Positions 51,148 to 60,041 of a stretch of 64,000 bases of DNA are shown one piece after another. The stretch is from positions 1 to 64,000 of IMG/VR virus record IMGVR_UViG_3300025132_000023; one strand, written 5' to 3'. Made by a program: the position numbers and the translations under genes. The DNA comes from a virus. Each line of letters begins with the position of its first letter. Position 1 is the stretch's first letter. The notes below the pieces were generated by a model. That model ran no database searches. It had not been told where the DNA came from and saw only the letters and a list, made by a program, of their open reading frames with translations.

Positions 51148-51369
51148 TTATTCCTCCTTACGATTATCCTCATGTGTTGACATTAAACCTGCCGTCCCTG
51201 CCACAGCAGCACCCGCCAACGGTATTACCTTTTCCATATCGCATTTACAATCTCCGCCGCAACTACAATCTTTCTTTTTTCCACCATAGGATATATTGAA
51301 TAAAGCATCAGTTCCTCCACCTGATGATAATATTGCTCCACCTTCTTTAATTATATTCCACCACTTCAT
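51148..51369 (-). CDS. Small protein with W-tag and Cys cluster
   Basis: MKWWNIIKE; CSCGGDCKC. Confidence 0.55.
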   Translation of the reverse strand: MKWWNIIKEGGAILSSGGGTDALFNISYGGKKKDCSCGGDCKCDMEKVIPLAGAAVAGTAGLMSTHEDNRKEE

Positions 51370-51581
51370 AATCTGTTCACTTCCGTTATTAAATCTTCAT
51401 AGTATTCGCTATCTGGATTGTGTAGTATCCAAACTTCTTTTTCCTTTTCTTTAATTAGAACTCCTAGCGGGTCGGTTCTTTGAAACCCGAATGTATTTAC
51501 AAAGTCTGTAGGAATATCGAAGTTTTTAGTAAGAGTCTGCGAGCGAATTTTATAGTCGCTTTTGAATAAATTAAACCACAT
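51366..51581 (-). CDS. Small protein with W-tag
   Basis: MWFNLFKS. Confidence 0.55.
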   Translation of the reverse strand: MWFNLFKSDYKIRSQTLTKNFDIPTDFVNTFGFQRTDPLGVLIKEKEKEVWILHNPDSEYYEDLITEVNRL

Positions 51582-51582
51582 A

Positions 51583-52242
51583 TTAATTATACTCCTTTAT
51601 TGCTGTTTTAATTTTAGAATATAATGGGTGCTTTGTATAAAAATTAATTTTATATTTATCTCCTTCTACTTCTGGGGGAATGGGTTTAAAAACGTTTTCA
51701 GGATTATCACTCTTTATTTCAATAATCATCACATTAGTAGGTTCTTGTTTTACTTCTTCTTTAAAGCCCATAGCCTCATGGTATGTTTTTATATGTTCAT
51801 CATTAAAAAATTCAAATCCATCTTTTCCTACAAAAGGTATTTTTGGCGCACCCATCCATTCTAAGTTTCTATTCATTCTTTCAACTGCATCATCCGTCAT
51901 GTCACCTCTAACCCATTGATTCATAATTCCTTCTCCCGCAGATTTACCGTGCTTTCCATGTGTCTCTAGGAAAAAAGGAATGACTTTTGGTTTGAAAAAA
52001 TCTGCCTTTATTTCTTTAGGAGAAACATCATCTTTAGTTCGTTGTAACATTTTGTCTGATAAAGTGTCAAATTTAATCCAATTAAAAAGAACCCCTCCTG
52101 CCTTCTTATCTTCCTTACTTACTGCTACAATAAATTTAGTTAAATCCCCCCAACGATTCGGCTTCCCATGTCCTCCACTAAGAAACTTATTAATTTGTTT
52201 TTTTGTGAACTCCTGTTTTTCAATTAACTCAAACCAATTCAT
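51583..52242 (-). CDS. Hypothetical protein with W-tag
   Basis: MNWFELIEKQ. Confidence 0.6.
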   Translation of the reverse strand: MNWFELIEKQEFTKKQINKFLSGGHGKPNRWGDLTKFIVAVSKEDKKAGGVLFNWIKFDTLSDKMLQRTKDDVSPKEIKADFFKPKVIPFFLETHGKHGKSAGEGIMNQWVRGDMTDDAVERMNRNLEWMGAPKIPFVGKDGFEFFNDEHIKTYHEAMGFKEEVKQEPTNVMIIEIKSDNPENVFKPIPPEVEGDKYKINFYTKHPLYSKIKTAIKEYN

Positions 52243-52959
52243 TCAATCCCATCCCCTTTTTGCTGGCTTTCTTCTGGGTATCTTTTTTCTTGGACTTACA
52301 ACAGCATCTTTCCAATCTCTATGTTCTTCCCTATACCTTTCAGAAGGTTTCATCTCTCCTTCAGTTATATGTCCTACTCCTACCTGATGTGGTTTAAGGT
52401 CGTTAGTGTCCTTTAGTGGAGAATAAAGGTCTACACAATCTTGCCATTGGTCTATAATGTCATCCATACTTAGCCTGCCACTTTCATCTTTTTGTGTCAT
52501 CGCATATAAATCAACACCGAAAAGTTTTGCACTCTTTTCTTCAAGATTTTCGCTTTCAAACAAATTACTAATGGTTACACAGTTCATGTTTCTAATAGTG
52601 TTGGTAATTTTCTTTATGTTAGCAGCAGTATTGTCAGCCATAGTAGACTCTAATACATACTCTGTTAACATTTCTTTAACCTGCTCACAACAAAACTCAT
52701 CATTTTCTGCTACCATAACATCTTCTTCCATTGTTACAGGATACACTTGGCTTATCTCGTCTTCAGCCATTCCTCCTTCTTTGGTGTATGGCTGGTCTTC
52801 ATCGTCTTCTGGTGCTGAAGGCTGACCTCCTCTATTTGGGCCACCACCGCCACCGCCTCCTCCGCGCCTATTATCTAGTTCGGTGTCCCTTTCAACCTTA
52901 GTCTTCCATTTACCATCAGGCCCCTTAGTTCTGACCTTTATTATATCTTCCCACTTCAT
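52243..52959 (-). CDS. W-tag protein with a CCE..C..W..C domain
   Basis: MKWEDIIKV; poly-Gly linker; CCEQVKE...MNC...IIDQWQDC. Confidence 0.6.
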   Translation of the reverse strand: MKWEDIIKVRTKGPDGKWKTKVERDTELDNRRGGGGGGGGPNRGGQPSAPEDDEDQPYTKEGGMAEDEISQVYPVTMEEDVMVAENDEFCCEQVKEMLTEYVLESTMADNTAANIKKITNTIRNMNCVTISNLFESENLEEKSAKLFGVDLYAMTQKDESGRLSMDDIIDQWQDCVDLYSPLKDTNDLKPHQVGVGHITEGEMKPSERYREEHRDWKDAVVSPRKKIPRRKPAKRGWD

Positions 52960-53267
52960 CTTAAATCCTCCATTCCGGTACAGTTCTCATAAATAAACAT
53001 TGTCTCATTTACAATTTTTGATAGTGAATCTAAATAAATTCTTCTGTAATTGTTTGCTTTTGGTTCTGGATTTGCGTGATTAAGTGCTTCTTGCAACTTT
53101 GAAAAGTATTTAACAAAATCTCCATCTCTTGCTTGCACATAATCAAAAACTTCTTTCTCTCTTCTAAATTCAGTATATTTTTGAAACAACGGGCCTACCT
53201 GTTTATTGAAATAATCCATTGCTGGTTTAACACATCTATCTGATTTAAGTATTGTTTCCCAGTTCAT
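52956..53267 (-). CDS. Small protein with W-tag
   Basis: MNWETILKS. Confidence 0.6.
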   Translation of the reverse strand: MNWETILKSDRCVKPAMDYFNKQVGPLFQKYTEFRREKEVFDYVQARDGDFVKYFSKLQEALNHANPEPKANNYRRIYLDSLSKIVNETMFIYENCTGMEDLR

Positions 53268-53280
53268 GTCATTTCCTCTT

Positions 53281-53520
53281 TTAGTATTTGTTGTATTCCT
53301 GTTCCTCTCTTAATATTTGTCTTATTGTTTTCTTAAACCTGTCAGACTTTACTCCACCAACTTCTAAATATGCGCTCATTAATCCCCGAATTAAATCCTT
53401 TGTTTTTGGTGAATCCTTCTCTAAATAAAACTTATAATAAAAGCGTTCTTTGTTATTAAACAATTCTGTTACTAATTTTTCTTCTACTTGTGCTGTAAGA
53501 TTTCTAAACTGTCTTGCCAT
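53281..53520 (-). CDS. Hypothetical protein
   Basis: 79-aa ORF in the operon. Confidence 0.5.
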   Translation of the reverse strand: MARQFRNLTAQVEEKLVTELFNNKERFYYKFYLEKDSPKTKDLIRGLMSAYLEVGGVKSDRFKKTIRQILREEQEYNKY

Positions 53521-53882
53521 TATATCACCCGATAAAATGTCTTTTTTCCGTTCCTCCCAACACCGCGTTCCTGCTTAGTTGTAATATCCATACTCTCTAA
53601 TCTCTTTCTAAGGAAAGAAGTTAAGTTTTCATCACTATCTTTTAGACCCGGATTCTGTTCCCTTAATGATTTAACAATGTCATCAATTGATGACCACCCT
53701 TCTGCAATGCTGAAATAACTAGTAATTTGTTTTTCTAAAGAATCGTAAAATTCATTGCTTCTCTTTCCATGTTTCTTCCTAAGATAATCTAAGTGTTTCA
53801 TATCGTTAGGCTGTGCATACTTTTCAGCAAGCATTTCAAACTCCTTCATTTCTGAAGACTTAACTAATTCAAACCAAGTCAT
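53520..53882 (-). CDS. Winged-helix-like protein with W-tag
   Basis: Start moved to MTWFELVKS; SIDDIVKSL...LRKRLESMDI...KTFYRV resembles a wHTH. Confidence 0.55.
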   Translation of the reverse strand: MTWFELVKSSEMKEFEMLAEKYAQPNDMKHLDYLRKKHGKRSNEFYDSLEKQITSYFSIAEGWSSIDDIVKSLREQNPGLKDSDENLTSFLRKRLESMDITTKQERGVGRNGKKTFYRVI

Positions 53883-54364
53883 GTTTTCTGCATCCTTTCT
53901 GCACACTCTCGACAAAACGTCAAATCAATTTGCTTACCCTTAGCACTCTTACCATAGTCAATAGTGAATCTATTACGCGCACCCAACATTCTACCACACA
54001 TAGCACATTTATTCTTAGGCATAGTTTTAGTGGCCTTTGGTTTAATCGCTTCCATTGCTCCTCCTCCACCACCCTCTAACTTTACTTCTCCTTCTTTAGC
54101 CTTTCTTGAACCTAATCTTGTTTGCATTTCAGGTGTAAAGTCTTTCTGCCTTTGAAGAACTTCTTTATGTCTGTCTGCAATTGGAGTATTTGCTCTTACT
54201 GCGTCCATCCAATTTCCTTCTTCATCTTGCATTATTCCTCTACCCATTACTCGCGTTTTTTTGTTTGGGTCAACTTCTTCTCGCTTCTCACCAGAGAATA
54301 CATTAGGAGGTTGAATCTTCTTTTTCTTCCTTGGACGATTCTTATCAATATTATACCAGTTCAT
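53879..54364 (-). CDS. Zinc-finger protein with W-tag
   Basis: Start moved to MNWYNIDK; CAMC...CREC. Confidence 0.55.
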   Translation of the reverse strand: MNWYNIDKNRPRKKKKIQPPNVFSGEKREEVDPNKKTRVMGRGIMQDEEGNWMDAVRANTPIADRHKEVLQRQKDFTPEMQTRLGSRKAKEGEVKLEGGGGGAMEAIKPKATKTMPKNKCAMCGRMLGARNRFTIDYGKSAKGKQIDLTFCRECAERMQKT

Positions 54365-54668
54365 TTGCACCACCCATTTCTGCACATTTATCCCATGCAT
54401 CTACTATTTGTTGCATTCCGGGCATTCCCATGTCAGCAAACATTTCTAGTTCTTGTCTTAAATTACTACAATTATAGTTCTTCCATTCAGAACTTTGTAA
54501 TACTCCTCTTCCAATTTCTCCATATTCTCTTAATTGGTTTTCTGCTGCTTCTCTAGCGTGTTCACAACAAAGGTCATTGTTCTCATGTGGATTATTCTTA
54601 GGTGGCCCATCTAAAATCATTCGTGCTGCTTGAGCATTATCAAGTTTTAATATTTGAATCCAAGTCAC
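54351..54668 (-). CDS. W-tag protein with a CCE..C..W..C domain
   Basis: MTWIQILKL; CCEHARE...YNC...IVDAWDKC. Confidence 0.6.
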   Translation of the reverse strand: MTWIQILKLDNAQAARMILDGPPKNNPHENNDLCCEHAREAAENQLREYGEIGRGVLQSSEWKNYNCSNLRQELEMFADMGMPGMQQIVDAWDKCAEMGGANELV

Positions 54669-55036
54669 TTCTCATCACCTTTCTTTTTTTGTTCCTCATC
54701 CCACTTTCTCTTATCTGACCTATCTAATCGCTTGCCCTTTTTACTTGGGTCTTTACCAATATACACTTGATTAGTATGTCCATCCATTCCGCTAAATCTA
54801 TGGTCATCACACCATTGTGCGCCACAAGTAACACACGCCCACTCTGCTAAATTATGACATCCTCTTCCCATAGGTTGCCAAGAAGAACAAGCGTCTTTTG
54901 GGAAACTAGAAATATCAAAATCTTTCATGGTATCTTTAGCATCTTTCTTAGAAGTAAAACCTTTAAACTTCTTTTTCTTTGGCCCATCGCCTTCTTTCTT
55001 AGGTATATTAAATTTAACTATATTTTGCCATGACAT
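54665..55036 (-). CDS. B-box-like zinc-finger protein with W-tag
   Basis: Start moved to MSWQNIVKF (GGAGG RBS); C...CHNLAEWACVTCGAQWCDDH. Confidence 0.6.
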   Translation of the reverse strand: MSWQNIVKFNIPKKEGDGPKKKKFKGFTSKKDAKDTMKDFDISSFPKDACSSWQPMGRGCHNLAEWACVTCGAQWCDDHRFSGMDGHTNQVYIGKDPSKKGKRLDRSDKRKWDEEQKKKGDEK

Positions 55037-55040
55037 AATA

Positions 55041-56102
55041 TTACCTCCAATCTGCTTCTTTATCAAACGCACTTTTTTGTGATGCTGTAAGTGTTACTCC
55101 AGTATTAATAACATAGCCAATCTTGTATATTATTTTATCCCCTTTTCTAATGTTTAGAGTATTAACATACATATGATGTTTATCATTACGAGAAGTTCTC
55201 CAAGCATAATATCTAACAATATGATACTTTTCATCAGTTGAAGATTTTGCACCTACGAACCTTTGCCTGCTTGTGCCTGTCTTTTTCTTCTTTCTTTCAT
55301 AGTCGTCTTTAATATCTCTAAGAATTTCTGCTTCCCTCTCTCTAACTAGACCTATTAATTTGTTATAATCATTATCTGCCCATCTAAATCCTTCTTTGAA
55401 ATCAAAAGGAGGTACTCCGCTCTGCCATAAAGAACGTCTTTTCCACCTGCTTTCTACAAACTTCGTAAAATCAGGGTCAGCAGAACTTGTTTCTGATACT
55501 ACGTCTTCTGCGGGCTTTAATGACCTACCCATTTCATCATCAAAAGGAGAAGGTTTAGCAGAGTCTGCTTTCCAAGGATTACCGTTTTTATCCAATGGGC
55601 CTAAAACTTCCTTTTTACCCATAGGAGTTACCTTAATCTTCCTTAATGCCATACAAGCAATCTCCTCTGGTATACTATCTGTATAAGTTCTATTAGTCAT
55701 ATACTTATTAAAGTTTGGAATATTGCTAATATTATGTTCTCTTCGCATCTCATGAAGCACTTCAGATTCTAAACTCTTTGTTTTAGTGTTTACCTTATCA
55801 AGCAAGTTCTTTAATTCGTCCCTACAAGAATCGTCCGTGTAAACATCTAATTTGTCATCAATCATAGTTTCGTCCATAACATCTCGTTGAACTTCATCAC
55901 TATCATCTAAAACATCATATTCGTGAAGTCTAGTTTTACCCCTGCCCCTGTTAACATCACTTTGATACGCAGAAGCCCTTCTATCTTCCCAACCTATACC
56001 GTGTTCTCTAGCATAGGCTTCTGTAGCGTCTTCGCGCTCCTTTCTTTGACGCGCTTCTTCAGGCGTGAGTTTACGAGCCTTTAGGATGTCTCCCCAACTC
56101 AT
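55041..56102 (-). CDS. Hypothetical protein with W-tag
   Basis: MSWGDILKA. Confidence 0.65.
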   Translation of the reverse strand: MSWGDILKARKLTPEEARQRKEREDATEAYAREHGIGWEDRRASAYQSDVNRGRGKTRLHEYDVLDDSDEVQRDVMDETMIDDKLDVYTDDSCRDELKNLLDKVNTKTKSLESEVLHEMRREHNISNIPNFNKYMTNRTYTDSIPEEIACMALRKIKVTPMGKKEVLGPLDKNGNPWKADSAKPSPFDDEMGRSLKPAEDVVSETSSADPDFTKFVESRWKRRSLWQSGVPPFDFKEGFRWADNDYNKLIGLVREREAEILRDIKDDYERKKKKTGTSRQRFVGAKSSTDEKYHIVRYYAWRTSRNDKHHMYVNTLNIRKGDKIIYKIGYVINTGVTLTASQKSAFDKEADWR

Positions 56103-56176
56103 TCTTCTGCCTCGATTAATGTCTTCATAAAGTCCTTGAAAAATTTACATTCTCCGTTTGGATGTCTTGCTGCCAT
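56099..56176 (-). CDS. 25-aa leader micro-protein, first gene of the long operon
   Basis: GGAGGAG RBS; MAARHPNGECKFFKDFMKTLIEAEE; ATGA overlap with the next gene; TTAAATAA TATA-like box near 56207-56215. Confidence 0.55.
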   Translation of the reverse strand: MAARHPNGECKFFKDFMKTLIEAEE

Positions 56177-56679
56177 AATACTCCTCCTAATTGTCGCCCG
56201 GTTTAACTTATTTAACCATTAAAACTGAAAATTTGGCCCGTCATTTATTTGCCACTTGCGATTTTTCTTTTGCTCTTTTTATCCTATTCCCAGAATAAAA
56301 ATAGTTTATTGTTTATTTAACTAGATAAAAACGTATTAATCTCTTGTATCTCTTTACGCGACCCGCGATTTATTAATAGTTAATTATGCACCTTTACCTT
56401 TAGTGCGCTCTCTCTATATGACCCATGTGCGCCTACTATTTAGAATGTGACTTGACACAATTAACATTTTAAGCCTGTTATAACTAAACAAATCATTAGA
56501 ATATTAAAAGAAAAAAATCGACCCAAAGCATATGGTCATGTAAAATACATAGACCCGTCAGGAACTTCTTCCAACAACGATAGTCGTATTCAGCGTTCAA
56601 TGGAGCATAATAGTGATAGCACTTATTATTGGCCTCATTCTCTGAATACTCATCGTTTGTTTACATCGTTCCATATGGT

Positions 56680-57616
56680 TGTCTATTAGGACGTATTACG
56701 GTATTACAAGGAGTAAACGCCAGCACTTGCGCGGTGTTAATAGAACTCTATTCATAAATAGAGCCTAAGCGGTAGTTCGTAGTTAACACAGCGGCAGGGT
56801 GCTTGGTCGTTTACTTCCTTGTAATACCCAAATGTCCATATAAGACATTGCCCGATAAATGGGGATATATGCCGTTACACTAACATGAAATGTATTCACT
56901 CCGTTGCATTGGAGAGCAAGAGTAAATTCCGGGACGTTTAGACTCTTGCTTTAGCAATCCCTGCACATTACTCTGCTCTCCAATCCTCTACGTTTACATA
57001 CATTTCATTACACTACCATATGGTTACTTAGTCATGGAGTAAGGCAAGAATGTGCGTATTCAGTCAGGCTCCTAAGAGTCTGAGTCTAAATGTGGTGAAT
57101 ACCGCATTCTTGCCTTACTCCGAGCAAGATAATCCCATATCGGGTTCTTTTGATTTATGGTCTGTCTCAAACAGTTCAGATGCTAATCATAAACTTTTAG
57201 CAGAGACAGTACCGCTTAGGCTGAGTCTTACGACTCCCTTATGCACGCTAACTACCTCCGGCTGTTATCGTACCGCTAAAAGATTATGTTAACATCATCA
57301 CAACTCACCAGACCTTTTCTTTTTTAATTAACAACCATATGGTTTAGTAAGTGGTTGGTTTAAGGCGGGAACCTATGTAGAATGTTAAACACGGCTGTTC
57401 TTAAGAACGAGCCTAAGCGGTAGTGTTGGAAATTCTACCGGGTTCCTCGCCTTAAGCACAACCCTACATAACCAGACATCGGGTAACATTCGGTTAATCC
57501 CAACATTCACTCCGTAGTATCTCCTGAACGGAACCTGTATTGACATTTAGATTAACGCTTAAGCGTTCATACTTGGTTCCCTTCAGGTTATCTCACTTCG
57601 TTCATTTAACCTCACT
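56680..57616. repeat. Three double-hairpin non-coding units (U1-U3)
   Basis: Long imperfect stems, e.g. GGTATTACAAGG 56700/CCTTGTAATACC 56817 and GGAGTAAGGCAAGAATG/CATTCTTGCCTTACTCC at about 57036-57121, each with the conserved loop motif. Confidence 0.85.
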
Positions 57617-57664
57617 ACCATATGGTAGGCTGTGCTTTGCTAACAGAATGCCCGATAACGGGAC

Positions 57665-57907
57665 TTACTTCATTGTTACGATTTTACAGCAATTACCCAT
57701 TTTTACTCTTAAATCGCCTAATTCCATTCCGCAGTTATTACATATCTCAATCATTATTTTTACATCCATTAAACCAGCACCAATAGAACGAGGAATCACA
57801 TTCTTTACAATCAGGAGGGAGAGTATCTCTCATTCCTCTCCCCCCTTTTTACCAATAGCATATATTCTACAAAACTCTGCATGAGCCTTTAACAAGTTCC
57901 AACTCAT
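57665..57907 (-). CDS. Three coupled micro-ORFs (57830-57907, 25 aa; 57747-57833, 28 aa; 57665-57754, 29 aa)
   Basis: MSWNLLKAHAEFCRIYAIGKKGGEE; MRDTLPPDCKECDSSFYWCWFNGCKNND; MIEICNNCGMELGDLRVKMGNCCKIVTMK; each start overlaps the previous stop. Confidence 0.55.
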
Positions 57908-58626
57908 TCTTCTTCCCCCATTACAAGTTTAGTTGTTTCTGGGGAGCATTGATATGAAGCCTCACTAATTATCTTCGTTTCGCAATCAACAGTATGTGTT
58001 ACTTCACAAGCACTTAATTCTGTAAGGGTACTTTCTACTGCCTTGCGTATTCTTAGCATCTCTGCCAATGGGACTTGAACAACTCTATCTTCTACTGCCT
58101 TTCTATCTGTTATTGACTCCACTTCATAAGTAATCCAAAAGGTTAGAGTGTAGGTATGACCGTAATTATCAAGTCTTGTTAACAAAGTTACGTTATCGTC
58201 ATATTTCAGCATGGCTCTACCATAAAAGGACTGTGTGCCATTAGTAGGCCCAAAGTAAATACCTAGATATGGGCCTCTTACGCGCATCCACTTATCCATA
58301 GTCTTTGTAGTCTGAACTACGGCTACATCAGTATTAATACCATAGTCTGTCAATCCCTTCTGTGCTAGTCTTGCTTGACTACTGTAATCTAACTCCATAA
58401 GGACTTGACCGTTTTCATCAGTTACTGCATAAGTAGTGGTTGTATCGTCCGTTGATTGAAAGCCGTATAATCTAGCATCATCCTCAGGATTATCATAGTT
58501 ATAGTTACTAGTCTGTGCTATGCCTCTATCATACAACATACTCTGCACCTTATTAGGGTGAAAGTTGACTTCTGACATATCTGTATCAAAGACTATTTCC
58601 ATTTTTCTCTCATAGATAGTCATCAT
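57904..58626 (-). CDS. Hypothetical protein (cassette 1)
   Basis: 240-aa ORF; AGGTGA RBS; ATGA overlap with the upstream gene. Confidence 0.7.
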   Translation of the reverse strand: MMTIYERKMEIVFDTDMSEVNFHPNKVQSMLYDRGIAQTSNYNYDNPEDDARLYGFQSTDDTTTTYAVTDENGQVLMELDYSSQARLAQKGLTDYGINTDVAVVQTTKTMDKWMRVRGPYLGIYFGPTNGTQSFYGRAMLKYDDNVTLLTRLDNYGHTYTLTFWITYEVESITDRKAVEDRVVQVPLAEMLRIRKAVESTLTELSACEVTHTVDCETKIISEASYQCSPETTKLVMGEEE

Positions 58627-58826
58627 TCATCACCTATCGCTTCAACGTAGTCTGATAGTGCAGATTGCATATCAGCCATTACTTCCTTTAGGTTATCACC
58701 AGATACTCGTAGTTTGCTAATACATAGAACAAGGGCAGACCCCGATTTCATATGCTTAACTTCTAGCACGTATTTTGGCTCAGTTATTGGTATTGTTTCA
58801 TTATTCTCGTTCATCATTTGAATCAT
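58623..58826 (-). CDS. Small hypothetical protein, probably leaderless (cassette 1)
   Basis: The track start (58880) lies inside the palindrome; ATG 58826 is about 25 nt downstream of the TGATATAT box. Confidence 0.55.
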   Translation of the reverse strand: MIQMMNENNETIPITEPKYVLEVKHMKSGSALVLCISKLRVSGDNLKEVMADMQSALSDYVEAIGDE

Positions 58827-58885
58827 TCTTATGTTGGGAGATGAATATATCAGGTGAGTGTTAGCAAAGCACACTACCATATGGT
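58824..58885 (-). promoter_or_regulatory. Cassette promoter: ACCATATGGT-n-CTTTG-n-CACCTGATATATTCA-n-CATAAGAATG
   Basis: Nearly the same element recurs at about 59979-60041; variants at about 59540-59586 (-) and 61173-61212 (+). Confidence 0.6.
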
Positions 58886-58931
58886 TTGCTTTGCGTTAAA
58901 CCGGAGAGGTGGAGAGGGGCGCAAAACCCAC

Positions 58932-59471
58932 CTATTCCTCCTCATCGCCTCCGATGAAGGATACCACAGGATAACCGTTCTCATCATAAGAACCATCCCA
59001 ATGGTATTTCTTTGACATATCTCCGTTTGCGTGTGCATTGAATGCCGCATTAAGGAACAATCGCTCCTTCTTCACGCCATCCTTAGCAAAGACAGTTTCA
59101 CCGTCTGTTAGGGTGTTGTAAAGAACTCCACCCGACTTACCGTGGGTTCTTGCCGTAGCATAAACCGCAGGATAAACCACATCGCGTAGGCTGATGTAAA
59201 GCGTATCATTAAGGTAAAGGTCGAAGGAAGACTTCGTTGCCGTATCCATAAGGGACTTTCGGCCCTGTCCAATGGGCGAATTTGCCACATCGGTGAATAC
59301 ACCTACAATGCTGTTCCAATATCTCTTACGAGTGCTTGGGTTAGCATCACCGAGAGCGAACATTGAACGCACAATCATTGCCAAATCGCTTTGGTCTGGA
59401 TTAACTGCGAACCACTCTTCAAGGTCAGTTTTCTTTGTTTCCCACTTGCTGTCATCTATTTCATTACTCAT
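58932..59471 (-). CDS. HGKS-motif protein, paralog A (cassette 2)
   Basis: 179 aa; aligns by eye with 61278-61787 (W..K, GD.N.STR...NSI, R.HGKS.G, WDGS). Confidence 0.75.
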   Translation of the reverse strand: MSNEIDDSKWETKKTDLEEWFAVNPDQSDLAMIVRSMFALGDANPSTRKRYWNSIVGVFTDVANSPIGQGRKSLMDTATKSSFDLYLNDTLYISLRDVVYPAVYATARTHGKSGGVLYNTLTDGETVFAKDGVKKERLFLNAAFNAHANGDMSKKYHWDGSYDENGYPVVSFIGGDEEE

Positions 59472-59601
59472 GTTATCAATCTCCGAAAAGGTTTGATAGG
59501 TTTGCGCCCCTAAAATTCCTCTCCATTATTATAATTCGGTATGAACATATGAGGTGTGTTTAATACAAAGTAACACACCATATGGTTTTACTTTGTGTCA
59601 A

Positions 59602-59981
59602 AAACCAGACGGGAGAATTGCTCAGATTTAAACATGGGCTAAACTACCGTGATTCCATGTCTGAGGCTTACGATTCTCCGCTAAGAGTCTGAATGGGTTT
59701 TGTTTCGTGCTTTCCTAAGGCACTCTCAGACCCGACTGAGCAAATGAAGTGGATATTGGACTCTCTTTCGATTACCAATAAAGACGCATGGGCGTTAGTT
59801 CTACATATCTTTGAGTATACAGTTCTAACCCGCGCTTACCCCGTATTACCCCGCTAAGGGTGTTGTCCTGCCTTTCCTTTGTAAGAACGACTCGGTGGCC
59901 CGCTAAGGCCCAATACGGTTGCTTTACACCCTAACGATGGTGTTATTCAGCCAATCCGTGGTGACTCGCGAAGGTCACCAT
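59602..59981 (-). ncRNA. Putative ~380-nt structured non-coding RNA (cassette 3)
   Basis: Lies behind the same promoter as cassette 1; only a 12-codon ORF follows the ATG; many GC-rich hairpins, three capped by an identical UUAGCG loop. Confidence 0.55.
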
Positions 59982-60041
59982 TCTTATGATTAAGGGTGAA
60001 TATATCAGGTGCAATTGACACAAAGTATCACACCATATGGT

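Noticed and set aside
1392-55686. Numerous plus-strand ORFs of 60-160 aa in the track
   Set aside because: They are antisense shadows of long minus-strand genes, with no RBS and implausible composition.
57050-57884. Plus-strand ORFs 57050-57292 and 57540-57884 (also 60275-60469, 61049-61267, 61912-62094)
   Set aside because: They run across hairpins and palindromes, lack an RBS, and are better explained by the non-coding structure or the minus-strand micro-ORFs.
59695-59736. Hammerhead ribozyme-like core on the minus strand (CUGAGA-GUGC...GCAC-GAAAC)
   Set aside because: It lacks N7 of CUGANGA and a correctly placed NUH cleavage triplet with stem III; GUCUGA pairs better with downstream UCAGAC.
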